Shown piece after piece: positions 59,930 to 64,000 of a stretch of 64,000 nucleotides of DNA. The translations under genes were made by a program, and so were the position numbers. The notes beneath the pieces were generated by a model. That model searched no databases. It was not told the DNA's origin and saw only the letters and a list, made by a program, of their open reading frames with translations. Each line of letters begins with the position of its first letter. Position 1 is the stretch's first letter. The stretch is from the human T2T-CHM13v2.0 reference genome, Homo sapiens: assembly GCF_009914755.1 (NCBI RefSeq), contig NC_060927.1; one strand, written 5' to 3'.

Positions 59930-61128
59930 ACATAAAATTTGGCCTCTTAAATTATGCAATTTAATATAACCACAAAGTTGCACACTCATCACACTGTCTA
60001 AAATCAGAACATTTTTCATCATGCCAAACATGAGTGACACACATTAGCTGTCACTTCCATCTCCACACCTTCCCCCTGCCCCATGAATCTATTTTGGGTA
60101 TTTGCCTATTCTGGACATTTCATATAAATGGAATCGTACAATATATGGACTTTTGTATCAGATTTCTTTTACATTGTATAATGTTTTCAAGGTTCATCCA
60201 TGTCATAGCATGTATCGATACTTTATTCCTTTTAAATGGCTGAATAATATTTCACTGCATGGATATACCACACTTTGCTTATCCATTCATCCATTGGTAG
60301 ACATTTGGGTTGTTTCCAATTTTGGGCCATCATGAATAATGTTGGGAACATTTGTGTATATGTGTTTTCCTAGGGACATATGATTTCAATTTTCTTGGGC
60401 ATATACCAGACCATATGTTTAAGTTCTTAAGGAATTACCAAAATTGTTTTCCGATGTGGCTGTGCCATTTTACATTCACAGCAGCAATGTATGAGGGTTC
60501 CAGTTTCTCCATGTTTCTCTTTTTGAATTATAGCCATCCCAATGGATGTGAAGTGGAAAATCAATTGGCCATGGATACCTGGGTTTATTTATGGACTCTC
60601 AGTTCTATTCGATTGATCTATATGACTATTCTGATATCAGTACTACACAGTCTTGATTACTGTGACTTTGTAGTAAGTTTTGAAAAAAGAAGTGTGAGTC
60701 CAACTTTGTCCTTTTTCAAAGTTGTTTTGGCTATTCTGGGTTCCTTGCATTTCCATGCGAATTTTATAATAAGCATGTCTGTTTCTGTAAAAAATGCAGT
60801 TGCAACTTTGATTGGGATTGTGTTGAATCTGTAGATCAATGAAGGGAGTACATCCCTCTTAACAACCTTTAGTCTTCCAATCCGTGAACATGAAATGTAA
60901 TTCCACTTACTTAGGTCTACTTTAATTTCTTTCCATGATGTTTTACAGTTTTTAGTGTATAGGCCTTGCACTTCATTTGTTAAATTTATTCCTAGGTATC
61001 TTATTTTTTCTGATGTTATCGTAGATATAATAGTTTTCTTAATTTCTTTTTAGTTTATAGAAATACAGTTGCTTTTTGTATATTGATCTTGTATCCTGAA
61101 TGTTGCTGAGATAACTTGTTAGCTCTGA

Positions 61129-61161
<33 letters not shown>

Positions 61162-62790
61162 GTGTGTGTGTATTTCTTAGGATTTTCTATATACAAAATC
61201 ATGTAATCTGCCAATAGAGGAAATTTCAGTGCTTCCTTTCCAGTGCAAATGCTTTTTATTTTTCTTGCACAACTGCTCTGACTAGAAATGCCAGTACAAT
61301 GTCAAATAAAAGTGGTGAAAGTGGGCATCTTTGTTTTGTTTGTGATCTGAGGTAGGGAGGGGGAAGATTTCAGTCTTTTACCATTAAGTGTGATGTTAGC
61401 TCTGGGTTTTTTTTTGTTTGTTTTTTTTTTTTTTTGTAGATACCATTAATCAGGTTGAGGATGTTCCCTAGTTTATTGAATTTTTTTTTTTTTTCAATCA
61501 GGAAAGGTGGTGAAGATTACCAAATGTTCTTTCTGCATCTGTTAAGGTGATCATGTGGTTTTTGTCCTTTATTCTTTTCATATGTTGTCTTACATTGTTT
61601 GAGTTTCGGATGTTGAACGGTTTAACCTTGCATGCCTGGCAAATAGCTTAACTAGTCATGGTGTATAACCCGTTATATCTGTAGTTGGATTTGGGTTGTT
61701 AGTATGTTGTTTAGGGAGTTGTGTGTGTCTGAGAATCTATATATGGTCCATAAGGGATATTGGTGTGTAGTGTTCTTTTCTTGTGATGTCTTTGTTGGGT
61801 TTTTGTATCAGAGTAATACTGGACTCATAGAATGAGTTGGGAAATGTTTCTTCCCCTTCTGTTTTTTGAAAGAGTTTGAGAGGATTAGTGGTAATTCTTT
61901 AAACATTTGGTAGAATTTACCAGTGAAGTCATCTGGTTCTGGGCTTTTCTTTGTGGGACATTTTTTGATTACTAATGAAATTCCTTTCTTTGTTATAGGT
62001 CTATTCAGATTTTCTTTTTCCTCTTGAGAGAGTTTTGGTAGTTTATGTCTTTCTAGAAATTTGTTCATATGAATTATCTAATTTATTGGCATACAGATGT
62101 TCATAGTATTTTCTTATAATCTTTTTTTCTATAGTGATTCTCTCTCTTTTATTTCTGATTTTAGCAATTAGAGTCTTCTCCCTTTTTTCTTAGTCAATTA
62201 GTTAAAAGTTTGTCAGTTTTGCTGATGTTTTCCAAGAACAACCTTTGGTTTTGTTGATTTTCTCTATTGTATTCATATTCTCTCATTCATTTGTACTCCA
62301 ATATTTATTTTGTCTTTATTTTTGCTTGCTTTCAGTTTAGTTTGCCCTTCTTTTTCCAGAATCATAGGCGAAAAGTTAGTTTACTGAATTGGGGTCTCTT
62401 TTTAAAAATATCTGTATTCACATTTCTCTCTAAGCATTGCTTTTACTATGTCCCATAAGTTTGGTACATTTTATTTTTGTTTTCATTCATCTCAAAGTAT
62501 TTTCTAATCTCCCTTGTGATTTCTTCTTTGACCCATTGGTTATTTAGGAGTGTGTTGTTTAATTTCCACATGGTTTTGAATTCCCCAAATTTTTCCTTCT
62601 GTTATTGATTGAGTTTAATTCCATTATGGTTGGAGAAGATATTATATATGGTTTCAGTTCTTCTGAATGCATTGAGACTTGTTATATGGCCTAACATATT
62701 CTCTGTCCTGGAGAATGCTGTATGTGCACCTGAGAAGAACATGTATTTTGCAGTTGTTGGGTGGAGTGTCTTACTTATATCAGTTTTAGG
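59930..62790 (-). mobile_element. L1M fragment (ORF2 region)
   Basis: ORFs 60657..60971 (LIYRFNTIPIK) and 61808..62068 (MNKFLERHKLPKLSQEE) are L1 ORF2-like. Confidence 0.88.
61128..61171. repeat. (TG)n microsatellite, one interruption
   Basis: Read directly from the sequence. Confidence 0.95.
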
Positions 62791-63593
62791 TATTCACTTT
62801 TCACCTGGTTAAACATTATTCATTCTTTGAGTCACAGGTCCAAAGGATTTCTTGTGTCAAATATTTCTTAATCCATCTCCCTAAGTAAAATGTAGTTTCT
62901 TCATTTGAATTTCTATAATTCTGCCAACACCTATAACTGTATTATAACTTTTATTCCAATTCAGTCTTTCTAAATTCTGATGTTATGGGTTTCTTTGTGC
63001 AGAGCCATGTTGTAACTGTATCTCCATATCACTGAAACCTTACTTCTAGTGGTAACTTTAAAGCATGTCATCGAAAGGCTGAAAGAATCTGCTGGTTATT
63101 GAGCACTTTGTCAATCCAGAGCCATAAACTACCTACAATGGATTATGGATAAGGAGAAGCAAGGCAGTGTACTCTGCCTCTGGGGAACCTACATTTTAGT
63201 TAAGAGATCTACGAGATACCAATGTAGGAAACCTTTAAGACAAGATTTGACCAAGTGCCAAGATGAAGGCACTAGGGGATTGGACTTGTTCACTTTGTCT
63301 CTCTCCCCATGCGTGGGAAAGAGGCTTGTGGAATTGTGAGGCTGGAACAGCCCTCAGGGTTTCTGATTTCTAGTCATCATCCAGCCTGTGCGTGGACACT
63401 CTCACCCACAGGGAGACGCCCCCACACTCCCATTTAGGACTTGTTGATGGTTGTTTGCTAACTTTGGGCAGAGCAAGAAAAATGAATTGCCCTTTAGCTA
63501 TCACACACCCTTCAGTCTTCTCCATAAAATAAACCATAAGCCTGCAAAATCATGTGTAAAGTCAACAGGGAAAGGAAAGAGCTGTAGTCATAA

Positions 63594-63993
<400 letters not shown>

Positions 63994-64000
63994 TGATTTC

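Noticed and set aside
60352-62068. ORFs of 160, 104 and 86 aa
   Set aside because: These are fragments of decayed L1 ORF2 or its antisense strand.

Overview
Repeat-rich human genomic DNA, recognisable as the CCDC13 - HIGD1A - ACKR2 locus on chr3p22; an AluYa5 copy supports a human origin. It holds the CpG-island promoter and first exon of CCDC13 (- strand, ~11.3 kb). It also holds the complete HIGD1A gene (- strand; 93-aa CDS in 3 exons plus an alternative first exon giving a 107-aa form) and a MIX23/CCDC58 processed pseudogene in HIGD1A intron 1. ACKR2 (+ strand) is represented by two non-coding 5' exons, the first inside a MER39-type LTR in a dense LTR cluster; the ACKR2 CDS is outside the window. 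The most unusual signal is at ~49.3-59.2 kb on the - strand. There, at least ten short exon-like segments with concordant splice phases (GT-AG except one decayed acceptor) assemble into about 400 codons of a decayed protein with by-eye RGS-domain (RGS22/RGSL1-like) character. It is disabled by nonsense codons and two exon-splitting Alus, so it is a candidate unitary pseudogene nested antisense in ACKR2. Nearly all ORFs in the supplied track are Alu, L1 or LTR artefacts. Repeat subfamily names come from recalled consensus sequences, not from a RepeatMasker run.
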